Position numbers and translations under genes: made by a program
Shown here: positions 11,294 to 20,858 of the stretch, one piece after another
Layout of the letters: each line of letters opens with the position of its first letter
Position numbering within the stretch: position 1 is the first letter of the stretch
Notes under the pieces: generated by a model
What the model was told of the DNA's origin: nothing
What the model saw: only the letters and a program-made list of their open reading frames with translations
Database searches by the model: none
Assembly: GCA_038249735.1 (NCBI GenBank)
Contig: JBBSDB010000001.1
Coordinates: 1 to 47,695 of the forward strand
Length of the DNA: 47,695 bases
Direction of reading: 5' to 3'
Source: Burkholderiales bacterium
Lineage (GTDB): Bacteria > Pseudomonadota > Gammaproteobacteria > Burkholderiales > Burkholderiaceae_C

Positions 11294-12475
11294 ATGGATT
11301 GGGTGACCCTGATGCGTGGTTCCTACACTGTGGCGCTGGTGGGCTTCTCTCAGCAAGAAGCGTCGACCTTGGAGTCGTTTCTGCGCTTGGCTGCGCGCCG
11401 CCCGCCAGGCTATCGTGTTCAAGACGAGGTGATGGACGCGCAGATCCTGATCGTCAACGCCGACAACCCGCAGGCCTTGCACTTGGTGCGCCACGCCGAG
11501 TTGCCCGGGCGCGTGATGTTGATCGGCAACACCGACGCTGGCACCGGCTGGCCGCTGCAGCGCAAGCCGGTGAAGCTGGTGGCGGTGCTTGGCGAGCTCG
11601 ACCGAATCGCAGGGATCCAGCCGACACCGGCGTCCGTGGCAGACCAAACACGCGCGACCGACGCACGCCAACCCCCGCCACCGACATCGGCACAGCCAGG
11701 CATTGAGACCGGTTTCCAGACCACCGAGCATTCCTTGGGCGTATCGCTTGCGCCCATGGCGCCAGCTGCCAGCCCGCGCCGGCGCTCCCGCGACTCGGAG
11801 TTTTTGGCCACCCGGCCCATGCACCGGGCCGACCTGACGCCACCTCCCGCCGCCGCCCTGGACAAACCCACGCCCATGCCGCCTGTGCCCGCGCGCCGTG
11901 CGGCGCCAGCGTCAACCTCAGCAGAGCGAGCCGGTGTCATGCGCATGACCGACTTTGGAGGTCTCGACGAGTTGCCGATGGCGTCGGACCGCGCCGCGCC
12001 CAGCCGCCGCAGTGGCGAATCGCGTCTCCCTTCGGCTCAGCGCCCGGCACCCGAGGCGCCTGAGCTGCCGCGTGGTGATGTGTTGCTGGTGGCCGAGAGC
12101 CTGGTGGAAGGGCGCAACTTGCTCAAGCGATTCAAAAAATACAACCTCACGGTGGACTGGTCGCGCGAGCCGGCGCAGGCGCTGGTGTTGCTCAAGGCGC
12201 ACCCCTACCGGATGGTGGTGATCGACCGCCTGAGCGGCCAGCCCGATGCCTTCCAGGTTTGCCGCGCTGCCAAGCACGAGAAGCACGGCGGTCGCGCGCC
12301 GGTGGTCGTCATGTTTGCCGCGATCGCCGGCAGCATGGACCGCATGAAAGCCGGCCTGGCCGGCTGCGACGCTTATCTGTCGCGCTCGGTCGGCGAAGCC
12401 GATCTGTACAAGGCGCTGGCCCAGCACCGCCTGGTTAACCTCGACGCGTTCGCCAAGACAAACGTGGGTATGTGA
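11294..12475 (+). CDS. Response-regulator-like protein with two degenerate receiver domains joined by a Pro/Ala-rich linker
   Basis: C-terminal REC fold (DVLLV..MVVID..PVVVMF..LAGCDAYL); N-terminal REC-like segment; start 11294 or 11312. Confidence 0.75.
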   Translation: MDWVTLMRGSYTVALVGFSQQEASTLESFLRLAARRPPGYRVQDEVMDAQILIVNADNPQALHLVRHAELPGRVMLIGNTDAGTGWPLQRKPVKLVAVLGELDRIAGIQPTPASVADQTRATDARQPPPPTSAQPGIETGFQTTEHSLGVSLAPMAPAASPRRRSRDSEFLATRPMHRADLTPPPAAALDKPTPMPPVPARRAAPASTSAERAGVMRMTDFGGLDELPMASDRAAPSRRSGESRLPSAQRPAPEAPELPRGDVLLVAESLVEGRNLLKRFKKYNLTVDWSREPAQALVLLKAHPYRMVVIDRLSGQPDAFQVCRAAKHEKHGGRAPVVVMFAAIAGSMDRMKAGLAGCDAYLSRSVGEADLYKALAQHRLVNLDAFAKTNVGM

Positions 12476-12478
12476 CCC

Positions 12479-12752
12479 CCCCCCGCGCCGCCTGCGGCGT
12501 CACCCCCCAGGGGGGCGACGCTGGTCGTCCGGCAAAGCCGGCCCGACGGCGTCTTGGGATCGAGCGGCCTTCGGACCGCTCGAAGCGCGCTGAATGCGCG
12601 CACGTTGGGTACCGCACCACTTTGGCCGTCAGTCCCTGACCATCGATCTATCCAAGAAGGCAGGCCGCTCGATCCAAGGGCACCGCGGAACTGGCTTTGC
12701 CAGGCCGCCAGTGCCGTCCCCTGGGGGGTGACGCCGCAGGCGGCGCGGGGGG
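12479..12752. repeat. REPIN/MITE-like palindromic element (family A) with ~92-bp inverted arms
   Basis: 12479-12570 is an inverted repeat of 12662-12752; first ~35 bp perfect (CCCCCCGCGCCGCCTGCGGCGTCACCCCCCAGGGG); lies between convergent genes. Confidence 0.9.
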
Positions 12753-12758
12753 AGCCAA

Positions 12759-14042
12759 TCAACCGTGCAGATCGTCGCGGCGCGCAATTTCCAGCAGCCG
12801 CTCCAGCTCGGGGCCATGCACCCGCTGGTTGTGGCGGTGCCAGAGCGCGATCACGGCCATGAAGCCGGCGATCACCAAGCCAAACAGCGTGATGGCAATG
12901 AAGGCGGAGACGCCGGCTGCGGCGGAGAGGCTGTAGAGCACGCCCAGGCCGAGGATGCAAGCCTGTTCGTTGAAGTTTTGCACTGCGATCGAGCGGCCGG
13001 CGCCCATAAGGTTGTGGCCCCGGTGTTGCAGCAAGGCATTCATCGGCACCACCAGGAAGCCGCCCAGGCCGCCGAGCAGGATCAGAAAGGGGGCCGCCAC
13101 CCAGACGTTGTCGATGAAGTTCATCGCGATCACCAGCACGCCCATCGCAATGCCCAGCGGCATCACGCGGGTGGCCTGGTCGAGCTTCATGCGCATCGAA
13201 GCCACCACCGCGCCCACCGCCGTGCCGACCGCCACCACACCCACCAAGGCCGAGGCCTGTGAGGTGCTGTAGCCCAGCGCTGCGCCAGCCCAGGCCAGCA
13301 CGATGTAGCGCAGGTTGCCCGAGACGCCCCAGAACAGGGTGGTGGTGGCCAGCGAAATCTGGCCCAGCCGGTCGCGCCACAGGCGCTGGTTGCAGCGCCA
13401 GAAGTCGGGCAGCAGCGCGATCGGGTTGCGCGGCATCGGGCGCGGTGTGACGCCGGTCCGCGGGATGCGGGTGTTGAACCAGGCCGCCAGCGCGTACACC
13501 ACCACCAGCACCGCGATGGCGGACTCGGGCGGGGTGTTGATACCCGTGTGCATGAAAGGCAGGTCCAGCGCCATCAGGTGCTTGGACACGTAGGGCGCAA
13601 TCAGCTGGCCGCCGAACAGCACGCCCAGAATGATGGAGGTGATCGTCAGGCCCTCGATCCAGCCGTTCGCCTTGACCAGTTGTGAGGGCGGTAGCAGCTC
13701 GGTGAGGATGCCGTATTTGGCCGGCGAATAGGCGGCCGCGCCCAGCCCCACCACGGTATAAGCCAGCAGTGGGTGCACACCCCACAGCATCAGCAGGCAG
13801 CCCACCACCTTGATCGCGTTGCTGATGAACATGACCTGGCCCTTGGGCCGCGCATCGGCGAAGGCGCCCACAAAAGGGGCGAGGATCACGTAGAACAGCG
13901 CAAACAGCGGCACCAGGGCCGCGGCCTGCCAGCTCGGCGCGCGCTGGGTGCGCAACAGCTCGATCGCCACCACGAAAAGCGCGTTGTCCGCCAGCGAGCT
14001 GAAGAACTGCGCCGTCATGATGGTGTAGAAGCCGCGCTTCAT
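12759..14042 (-). CDS. lplT: Lysophospholipid transporter (MFS)
   Basis: MKRGFYTIMTAQFFSSLADNAL, YSPAKYGILTE, VPMNALLQHRG, GRSIAVQNFNE. Confidence 0.93.
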   Translation of the reverse strand: MKRGFYTIMTAQFFSSLADNALFVVAIELLRTQRAPSWQAAALVPLFALFYVILAPFVGAFADARPKGQVMFISNAIKVVGCLLMLWGVHPLLAYTVVGLGAAAYSPAKYGILTELLPPSQLVKANGWIEGLTITSIILGVLFGGQLIAPYVSKHLMALDLPFMHTGINTPPESAIAVLVVVYALAAWFNTRIPRTGVTPRPMPRNPIALLPDFWRCNQRLWRDRLGQISLATTTLFWGVSGNLRYIVLAWAGAALGYSTSQASALVGVVAVGTAVGAVVASMRMKLDQATRVMPLGIAMGVLVIAMNFIDNVWVAAPFLILLGGLGGFLVVPMNALLQHRGHNLMGAGRSIAVQNFNEQACILGLGVLYSLSAAAGVSAFIAITLFGLVIAGFMAVIALWHRHNQRVHGPELERLLEIARRDDLHG

Positions 14043-14336
14043 GGGGTGTTTGGTGTGCGCCCGCAAGCCCGGTGGAGCGGCCCCGTCAGAGGCCGGTTGG
14101 GGCCCTGGTCAGCCCGGGCATCGGCATGCTTGCCGCGGAGGGCTGCATGCGCTGCGGGGCGCCGGGGATTTGTGCGAAAGTTCGGCGGGTGTCTCCAACG
14201 ATGGCGGGTTATAGCACGGCAGTTGTGACTGTCTGTGAATAACCCAGACTGCTGGGCATGGGGTTTTGCACAGCTTTCAGCCATACCCTTTCCCCGATGC
14301 TGCTTTCGCTGCCCGTCTCCCTTTTCATCTGCTGCC

Positions 14337-15458
14337 ATGCCCCGTCCGATTCTTGCCACTGTTTACCCCGAGGCCTTGCGCCACAACCTGAGCCAAGCCC
14401 GTGTGCGCGCGCCCGACGCCCAGGTGTGGGCGGTGGTCAAGGCCAACGCTTACGGCCACGGCATCGAGCGCTGTTTTGACGGCCTGCGCAGCGCCGACGG
14501 TTTTGCCCTGCTCGATTTCGACGAGGCTCAGCGCCTGCGCGCGCTCGATTGGCGCGGTCCCATCCTGCTGTTGGAGGGCGCCTTCGAGCCGCGCGACCTG
14601 GAGCTGTGTTCGCGGCTCCATCTGTGGCACACGGTGCATTGCACCGAACAGATCGACTGGCTGGCGGCCCACAAAACGCAGCTGCCGCACCGCGTGTTTC
14701 TCAAGCTCAACAGCGGCATGAACCGCCTGGGCTTCACGCCGACCGCGTTTCGCGCCGCGTGTGCGCGCCTGAACGCGCTGCCGCAGGTGGAAGAAATTTC
14801 GCTCATGACCCACTTCAGTGACGCCGACGGCCCGCGCGGAATCGCCCATCAGGTGGCCGCGTTCGAGGCCGCCACCGCCGACCTGCCGGGCGAGCGCACC
14901 CTGTGCAACAGCGCGGCCATCCTGCGACACGCTGCCAGCCCGCTGCGCGGCGAGGGTGCGGTCAACACGCTGGCGGCCGACTGGGTGCGCGAAGGCATCG
15001 CGCTCTACGGTGGCGCGCCCGACCACCCCGAGCAGACCGCCGCCGGCTGGGATTTGCAGCCCGCCATGACGCTCTCCACCCGCGTCATTGGCGTGCAGTC
15101 CTTGCAGCCGGGCGACACCGTGGGCTACGGCTCTGCCTTTACCGCCGAGCGGCCGATGCGCATCGGCGTGATCGCCTGCGGCTATGCCGACGGCTACCCG
15201 CGCCACGCGCCCACCGGCACACCGGTGTTGGTCGGCGCCGTGCGCACCCGCATCGTGGGACGGGTCAGCATGGACATGATCACGGTGGATCTCTCGCCCT
15301 GTGGTGACGGTGTGGGGGTGGGGGCGGAGGTGGTGTTGTGGGGGCGGTCTTCTTGTGGCGCCTTGCTGGCTGCTGATGAGGTGGCGTTGGCCGCTGGAAC
15401 GATTTCTTATGAGTTGTTTTGTGCGGTGGCGCAGCGGGTACCGTTTGCTGTTGTCTGA
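14337..15458 (+). CDS. alr: Alanine racemase
   Basis: PLP-Lys motif [33 protein letters not shown]. Confidence 0.95.
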   Translation: MPRPILATVYPEALRHNLSQARVRAPDAQVWAVVKANAYGHGIERCFDGLRSADGFALLDFDEAQRLRALDWRGPILLLEGAFEPRDLELCSRLHLWHTVHCTEQIDWLAAHKTQLPHRVFLKLNSGMNRLGFTPTAFRAACARLNALPQVEEISLMTHFSDADGPRGIAHQVAAFEAATADLPGERTLCNSAAILRHAASPLRGEGAVNTLAADWVREGIALYGGAPDHPEQTAAGWDLQPAMTLSTRVIGVQSLQPGDTVGYGSAFTAERPMRIGVIACGYADGYPRHAPTGTPVLVGAVRTRIVGRVSMDMITVDLSPCGDGVGVGAEVVLWGRSSCGALLAADEVALAAGTISYELFCAVAQRVPFAVV

Positions 15459-15486
15459 TGTCGTTGTCTTTGTCGTTTTGTTTTTG

Positions 15487-15925
15487 CTTGCTGGGCGAGC
15501 CGGGTTTCGGCCCGGCGGCCGAGCTACTTTCTTTTGCCTCGCCCAAAAGAAAGTAGCCAAAGAAAAGGCGAGCCGAATGCGCTGCCCCTTCGCTTCGCTG
15601 CGGGCACGCTGCGTTGCTCGGTCCAGGCGGGGTCTGGCTGAACTCGCCTGCGGCTCAGACAGACGCCAGCCCTGATCCGTCTGGCCCTGCGCTACTCGCC
15701 AGCGCATGACGGCGGAAAGCGCAAGCGGATGCGGACTTCCCTGATGGCGAAAGCGGTCGCTGTGCAGGGAAGGCCGACCCCGACCCCGACCCCGCTTGAT
15801 GCGAGCAGCGCAAGGAAGCCCGAAGGGCCCCGGGCTTCGGCTCGCCTTTCTTTTGCTTACTTTTCTTTGGCGAAGCAAAGAAAAGTTAGGCGGCCGCCGG
15901 GCCGAGACCCAGCTCGCCCAGCAAG
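15487..15925. repeat. MITE/REPIN-like element (family B), ~440 bp with ~90-bp imperfect terminal inverted repeats and internal hairpins
   Basis: Left arm CTTGCTGGGCGAGCCGGGTTTCGGCCCGGCGGCCG..GGCGAGCCGAA (15487-15577) mirrors right arm TTCGGCTCGCC..CGGCCGCCGGGCCGAGACCCAGCTCGCCCAGCAAG (15836-15925); each arm holds an ACTTT(T)CTTT..AAAGAAA(A)GT hairpin. Confidence 0.9.
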
Positions 15926-15965
15926 AAACGACACAACCAAAAGAAGAAAACAAGAAACGTTCAAC

Positions 15966-15994
15966 TTGTACCCCATGGGGTATGCAGCTATACT
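15966..15994 (+). promoter_or_regulatory. Sigma70 promoter overlapped by a CsoR/RcnR-type operator
   Basis: -35 TTGTAC (15966-71), 17-bp spacer, -10 TATACT (15989-94); perfect palindrome TACCCCATGGGGTA at 15969-15982. Confidence 0.8.
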
Positions 15995-16017
15995 GCACCA
16001 GGTATAGGAGCCCCACC

Positions 16018-17124
16018 ATGTTGTCCCAGCCATCTCCCCCCTCCCGCCGCCACAAAACCACCGCCCAGTGGGCGCTGGCCGCAGGCTTGCTGCTGGGCGC
16101 GTCCGGTGTTTTCGCTCAGACCGCACAGCGGCCGCAGGTGCACACCATGACGGTAGGCGCCCAAGCCGTGGGCGCGGGACTGGAGATGGACGGCAGCCTG
16201 CAGGCAGTTCGGCAAACGGTGTTGTCGGCCCAGGCCAGTGGGCGCATCGCGCAGCTCAGTGTGAAAGCGGGCGACCGGGTGTTGGCCGGGCAGGTGTTGG
16301 CCGTGATCGACGACCGGGCCACCCAGGCGGGTGTGGCGCAGGCGCAAGCCGGCGTGGCGCAGGCCGATGCGCAGCTGGTCAATGCCAAGGCGCAGTTTGA
16401 GCGGACGCGTGACCTGCGCGCGCAAGGCTTTGTGGCACAAGCGGCGCTGGACACGGCGCAATCCCAGCTCAAGGCGGCGCAGGCGGGCATGGCCGCTGCG
16501 CGCGCCGGGCAGACGCAGTCTTCCTTGGCGCAGGGCTTCACGCGGCTGACAGCGCCATTTGATGGGTGGGTGTTGCAAACCCACGCCGAGGCCGGCGCGC
16601 TGGCGATGCCGGGCACACCGGTGCTCACCGTGTACGCCCCGCAGCCGATCCGCGCGGTGGTGTATGTGCCTGCGTCCCAGCAGGCGCTGGCGCAAAACGC
16701 GCAGCGCATCGAAGTGCGCTTGCCGGGCACAGAGCGCTGGGTCAGGCCGGCGTCCAGCACCAGTCTGCCCGCCGCCGACCCGGTGTCGCAGACAGTGGAA
16801 TGGCGGCTCGACCTGAGCGCTGCCGATGGCGCGCAGCAGGTACCGGGACGTCAGGTGCGGGTGCGTTTTGTCGGCAGTGGCGAGCAGCAGCGCCTGGTGG
16901 TGCCAGAAGCGGTGCTGGTCCGCCGTGGCGAGCTGACCGCCGTCTATGTGGTGATCGCGCGCGGCGAAGGTCTGCCCGATGGTTTTTCGCTGCGGGCAGT
17001 GCGCCTGGGGGCGGGTCGAGGTGAGGCGGGCCTGGAGGTGCTGGCCGGCCTGAAGGCGGGCGACCGAGTGGCGCTGGACCCGGTGCGGGCCGGTCTGAGC
17101 AACGCTGTGCCCGCAGCCCAGTGA
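16018..17124 (+). CDS. RND efflux periplasmic adaptor (MFP)
   Basis: AGGAG RBS; lipoyl/hairpin motifs SGRIAQLSVKAGDRV, LTAPFDG; directly before an RND permease. Confidence 0.92.
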   Translation: MLSQPSPPSRRHKTTAQWALAAGLLLGASGVFAQTAQRPQVHTMTVGAQAVGAGLEMDGSLQAVRQTVLSAQASGRIAQLSVKAGDRVLAGQVLAVIDDRATQAGVAQAQAGVAQADAQLVNAKAQFERTRDLRAQGFVAQAALDTAQSQLKAAQAGMAAARAGQTQSSLAQGFTRLTAPFDGWVLQTHAEAGALAMPGTPVLTVYAPQPIRAVVYVPASQQALAQNAQRIEVRLPGTERWVRPASSTSLPAADPVSQTVEWRLDLSAADGAQQVPGRQVRVRFVGSGEQQRLVVPEAVLVRRGELTAVYVVIARGEGLPDGFSLRAVRLGAGRGEAGLEVLAGLKAGDRVALDPVRAGLSNAVPAAQ

Positions 17125-17134
17125 GCGACGCAAC

Positions 17135-20100
17135 ATGAGCAACGCCCACAACGATCCATCGTCGACGCCCATGCGCGAAAAGCTGGGCTTCTCCGGCTCG
17201 GTCGCGCGCGCTTTCCAGTCCAACGCGATCACGCCGCTGCTGGCCATCGTGGCCTTGTTGCTCGGGCTGTTCGCTGTGTTGGTGACGCCGCGCGAAGAAG
17301 AGCCGCAGATCAACGTCACCATGGCCAATGTGCTGATCCCCTTCCCCGGGGCGTCGAGCGCGGATGTGCAAAAGATGGTGGCTGGGCCGGCCGAGCAGGT
17401 GCTCTCGCAGATTCAGGGCATTGAGCACAGCTACTCGGTGTCGCGCCCCGGTGTGGCGGTGCTCACGGTGCAGTTCAAGGTGGGCGTGCCGCGCACCGAA
17501 GCGCTGGTACGGTTGTACGACGTGCTGAACGCGAACCAGGATTGGTTGCCGCAAGGCCTGGGCGTGCTCACCCCGATCGTCAAACCCAAAGGCATCGACG
17601 ATGTGCCTGTGCTCGCCGCCACGCTGTGGACGAAAGACGCAGCCAGCGCGCTCGATCTGGAGCGCGTCGCGCACTCGGTGGAGAGTGAGCTCAAGCGCGT
17701 GCCCGGCACCCGCGAGGTGGTCACCATCGGCGGTCCGGGCCGCGCGGTGCATGTGTGGCTGGAGCCGAACCGGCTTCGCGAGCGCGGTGTGAGCGTGCAG
17801 GCGCTGCACGGCTCGATTGCCGCCGCCAATCAGGCCATGCCCTCGGGCTCGGTCGCCAACCCCAGCGCTGCGGCAGGCGAGCCCGGCATGCTGAGCGTGC
17901 AGACCGGCGAGTTCTTGCAAAACGCGAAGGATGTGGGCGACATCGTGGTCGGTGTGAGCCAAGGCCGGCCGGTTTACTTGCGCGAGGTGGCACGCGTCGA
18001 GACCGGTTCGCAGTTGCCGCAGCGCTATGTGTGGTTCACCCCCGGCGCGGCCGACACCGCGCACCCTGATCAGCAAGGACAGAGCCACCCGGCGGTGACG
18101 ATCACCGTGACCAAGAAGCCGGGCGAGAACGCGGTGGATGTGGCCGCGGGCGTGCGCGAGCGGCTGAACGCCCTGCACAACACCGTGATCCCCGAAGACG
18201 TCGAGGTGAGCATCACCCGCGACTACGGCCAGACAGCGGCCGACAAAGCCAACAAGCTGATCCAGAAACTCATCTTTGCCACCGGCAGCGTGATCATTCT
18301 GGTGGGCCTGGCGCTGGGTCGGCGCGAGGCGATCATTGTCGGCGCCGCCGTGATCCTCACGCTCACCGCCACCCTGTTTGCCAGCTGGGCCTGGGGCTTC
18401 ACGCTCAACCGCGTCTCGCTGTTTGCGCTCATCTTCTCGATCGGCATCCTGGTCGACGACGCCATCGTGGTGGTGGAAAACATCCACCGACACCGGAGCC
18501 TCACGCCCGACGATCCGCTGTCGATCATCATCCCGCGCGCGGTCGACGAGGTGGGCGGCCCGACCATTCTGGCCACCTTCACCGTGATCGCGGCGCTGTT
18601 GCCCATGGCCTTCGTGAGCGGTCTGATGGGCCCGTACATGAGCCCGATACCGATCAACGCCAGCATGGGCATGGCGATCTCGTTGGTCATTGCTTTCACC
18701 GTCACGCCGTGGCTCGCACTCAAATTGACCAAGACCGGCAAAGGCCACGCGGCGCACGGGCCGAGCAAGGTCACGAATGCGCTGCAGGGCTTCTTCACCC
18801 GCGTGCTGACGCCGCTGCTGGCGAGCGCGAAGAAGCGCTGGCTGCTGCTGACCGGCATCCTGATCGCCTTGCTGCTCTCGGTCGGCCTCGCGCTGGTGCA
18901 GTGGGTGGTGCTGAAAATGCTGCCGTTCGACAACAAGAGCGAGTACCAGGTGGTGCTCGACATGCCAGCCGGCACGCCGCTGGAAGACACGGCGGCGGCC
19001 TTGCAGGACATGACCGCCTTCCTGGCGCAACAGCCCGAGGTGAGCAACGTGCAGGGCTACGCCGGCACCGCCAGCCCCATCACCTTCAACGGTCTGGTGC
19101 GCCAGTACTACCTGCGAGCCGAAGCCGAGAGCGGCGACCTGCAGGTGAATCTGGTCGACGCACACTCGCGGCACGAAAAAAGCCACGCCATCGCGCAGCG
19201 GCACCGTCCCTCGCTGGAGAAGATCGCCGCGGTGCATGGCGCGCGCGTCAAGGTGGTGGAGGTGCCGCCCGGCCCGCCGGTACTCTCGCCCATCGTGGCC
19301 GAGGTCTATGGGCCGGATGAGGCCGGCCGAGCCGAGCTCGCGCTGCGCGTGGCCCAGGCCTACCGAGACACGCCCGACATCGTGGGTGTGGACACCACCT
19401 TGAAGGAGAACGCACCGCGCGCTTTCCTGCGCATCCAGCGCCAGCGCGCCGAGTCGCTGGGCATTCCGGTGCAGGTCATTGCTCAGACGGTGCACGCCGC
19501 GCTCTCCGGTGCTGATGCCGCTTACCTGCACGACGGCCACGCCAAGTACCCGGTGCCGGTGCGGCTGCAGTTGCCGCTCGATGCGCAGGTGGGTTTGAGC
19601 AGCCTGCTGGCCCTGCCGATGCAAGCCGTGACATCGGATGGAAAGGGCGCGATGGTGCCGCTGTCCGAACTGGTGACGGTGGAGCGCGGCGTGATCGACC
19701 AGCCGCTGTTCACCAAAAACGGGCTGCCAGTGGTCTATGTCCTGGGCGACATGGCCGGCAAGCTGGATTCGCCGTTGTATGGCTTGTTCGGCATCCGCAG
19801 CAATTTGCAGGCTGCTGCGCTGCCCAACACGGGCGAGCTGGCCGAGTACTGGATCAGCCAGCCCAAGGACCCCTACCGCCAGTACGCGGTGAAGTGGGAC
19901 GGCGAATGGCAGATCACCTATGAGACCTTCCGCGACATGGGCGCGGCCTACGGTGTCGGCCTGATCCTGATCTACCTGCTAGTGGTGGCGCAGTTCAAAA
20001 GCTACGTGACGCCGCTGATCATCATGGCGCCTATCCCGCTCACGCTGATTGGCGTGATGCCTGGCCACGCGTTGCTTAACGCGCAGTACACCGCCACCTC

Positions 20101-20428
20101 CATGATCGGCATGATCGCGCTGGCCGGCATCATCGTGCGCAACTCCATCCTGCTGGTGGACTTCATCGAGCTCGAAACCGCGCGCGGCGTGCCGTTTGCG
20201 CAGGCCGTCGTGCAGTCGGCTGCGGTGCGTGCCCAACCGATTGCGCTCACTGGCCTGGCCGCGATGATGGGCGCCTTCTTCATCCTGGACGACCCCATCT
20301 TCAACGGCCTTGCCGTGTCACTGATTTTCGGCATCGCGGTCTCGACCCTGCTCACTTTGGTTGTGATTCCCGGTTTGTATTTCGCTGTCTATCGCCGCCG
20401 TCATGAGACGGCTGATCCACCCACCTGA
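17135..20428 (+). CDS. RND efflux permease (AcrB/CzcA superfamily)
   Basis: 1097 aa; PREEEPQI, GILVDDAIVVVEN, GIIVRNSILLVDF. Confidence 0.95.
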   Translation: MSNAHNDPSSTPMREKLGFSGSVARAFQSNAITPLLAIVALLLGLFAVLVTPREEEPQINVTMANVLIPFPGASSADVQKMVAGPAEQVLSQIQGIEHSYSVSRPGVAVLTVQFKVGVPRTEALVRLYDVLNANQDWLPQGLGVLTPIVKPKGIDDVPVLAATLWTKDAASALDLERVAHSVESELKRVPGTREVVTIGGPGRAVHVWLEPNRLRERGVSVQALHGSIAAANQAMPSGSVANPSAAAGEPGMLSVQTGEFLQNAKDVGDIVVGVSQGRPVYLREVARVETGSQLPQRYVWFTPGAADTAHPDQQGQSHPAVTITVTKKPGENAVDVAAGVRERLNALHNTVIPEDVEVSITRDYGQTAADKANKLIQKLIFATGSVIILVGLALGRREAIIVGAAVILTLTATLFASWAWGFTLNRVSLFALIFSIGILVDDAIVVVENIHRHRSLTPDDPLSIIIPRAVDEVGGPTILATFTVIAALLPMAFVSGLMGPYMSPIPINASMGMAISLVIAFTVTPWLALKLTKTGKGHAAHGPSKVTNALQGFFTRVLTPLLASAKKRWLLLTGILIALLLSVGLALVQWVVLKMLPFDNKSEYQVVLDMPAGTPLEDTAAALQDMTAFLAQQPEVSNVQGYAGTASPITFNGLVRQYYLRAEAESGDLQVNLVDAHSRHEKSHAIAQRHRPSLEKIAAVHGARVKVVEVPPGPPVLSPIVAEVYGPDEAGRAELALRVAQAYRDTPDIVGVDTTLKENAPRAFLRIQRQRAESLGIPVQVIAQTVHAALSGADAAYLHDGHAKYPVPVRLQLPLDAQVGLSSLLALPMQAVTSDGKGAMVPLSELVTVERGVIDQPLFTKNGLPVVYVLGDMAGKLDSPLYGLFGIRSNLQAAALPNTGELAEYWISQPKDPYRQYAVKWDGEWQITYETFRDMGAAYGVGLILIYLLVVAQFKSYVTPLIIMAPIPLTLIGVMPGHALLNAQYTATSMIGMIALAGIIVRNSILLVDFIELETARGVPFAQAVVQSAAVRAQPIALTGLAAMMGAFFILDDPIFNGLAVSLIFGIAVSTLLTLVVIPGLYFAVYRRRHETADPPT

Positions 20429-20478
20429 GTTTTTTTATTCTGTTTCCCCCATCCTGTGTTTTTTTTAAGGAGATTGAC

Positions 20479-20703
20479 ATGACCATCGAACGCTACATCC
20501 GCCTCATGGCCGGCGCCTTTGTGATGCTTTCGCTCGCGCTGGGCATCGAGGCCAGCCCGATTTTTGTGAGCCCCTGGTTCCTCGCCTTCACCGCCTTTGT
20601 CGGCTTCAACCTGTTCCAATCCGGCATCACCGGCTTTTGCCCACCCAGCTTCCTGCTGAAGAAGCTCGGCGTTCCCGAAGGCAATGGCGCCTGTTCCAGG
20701 TAG
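20479..20703 (+). CDS. DUF2892/YgaP-like two-TM membrane protein
   Basis: ERYIRLMAG..GFNLFQSGITGFCP; AAGGAG RBS. Confidence 0.85.
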   Translation: MTIERYIRLMAGAFVMLSLALGIEASPIFVSPWFLAFTAFVGFNLFQSGITGFCPPSFLLKKLGVPEGNGACSR

Positions 20704-20773
20704 CCCCCTGCGCCGCTTCGCGTCATCCCCCATAAGGGGACCACATCTGTGGCCCGGCAAAGCCGGTTCCACG
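20704..20773 (+). repeat. Solo degenerate arm of repeat family A
   Basis: CCCCCTGCGCCGCTTCGCGTCATCCCCC..GGGG..CCGGCAAAGCCGG aligns with the arm at 12479-12548. Confidence 0.75.
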
Positions 20774-20858
20774 TTGTGTGCTTGAAGGCGTTGCCTCACT
20801 CAGCAGCTTCTCTGTCCTCGGGCAGCTCACAAGACACCGTGCTCTATCCTCGACCTCC

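Noticed and set aside
12479-15925. Repeats considered as CRISPR arrays or IS elements
   Set aside because: No regularly spaced direct repeats with spacers, no cas genes and no transposase ORF
16742-19624. 960-aa minus-strand ORF
   Set aside because: Antisense shadow of the RND permease
20728-20740. CCCC..GGGG dyad as a second CsoR operator
   Set aside because: Lacks TAC/GTA flanks and is explained as part of the family A repeat arm
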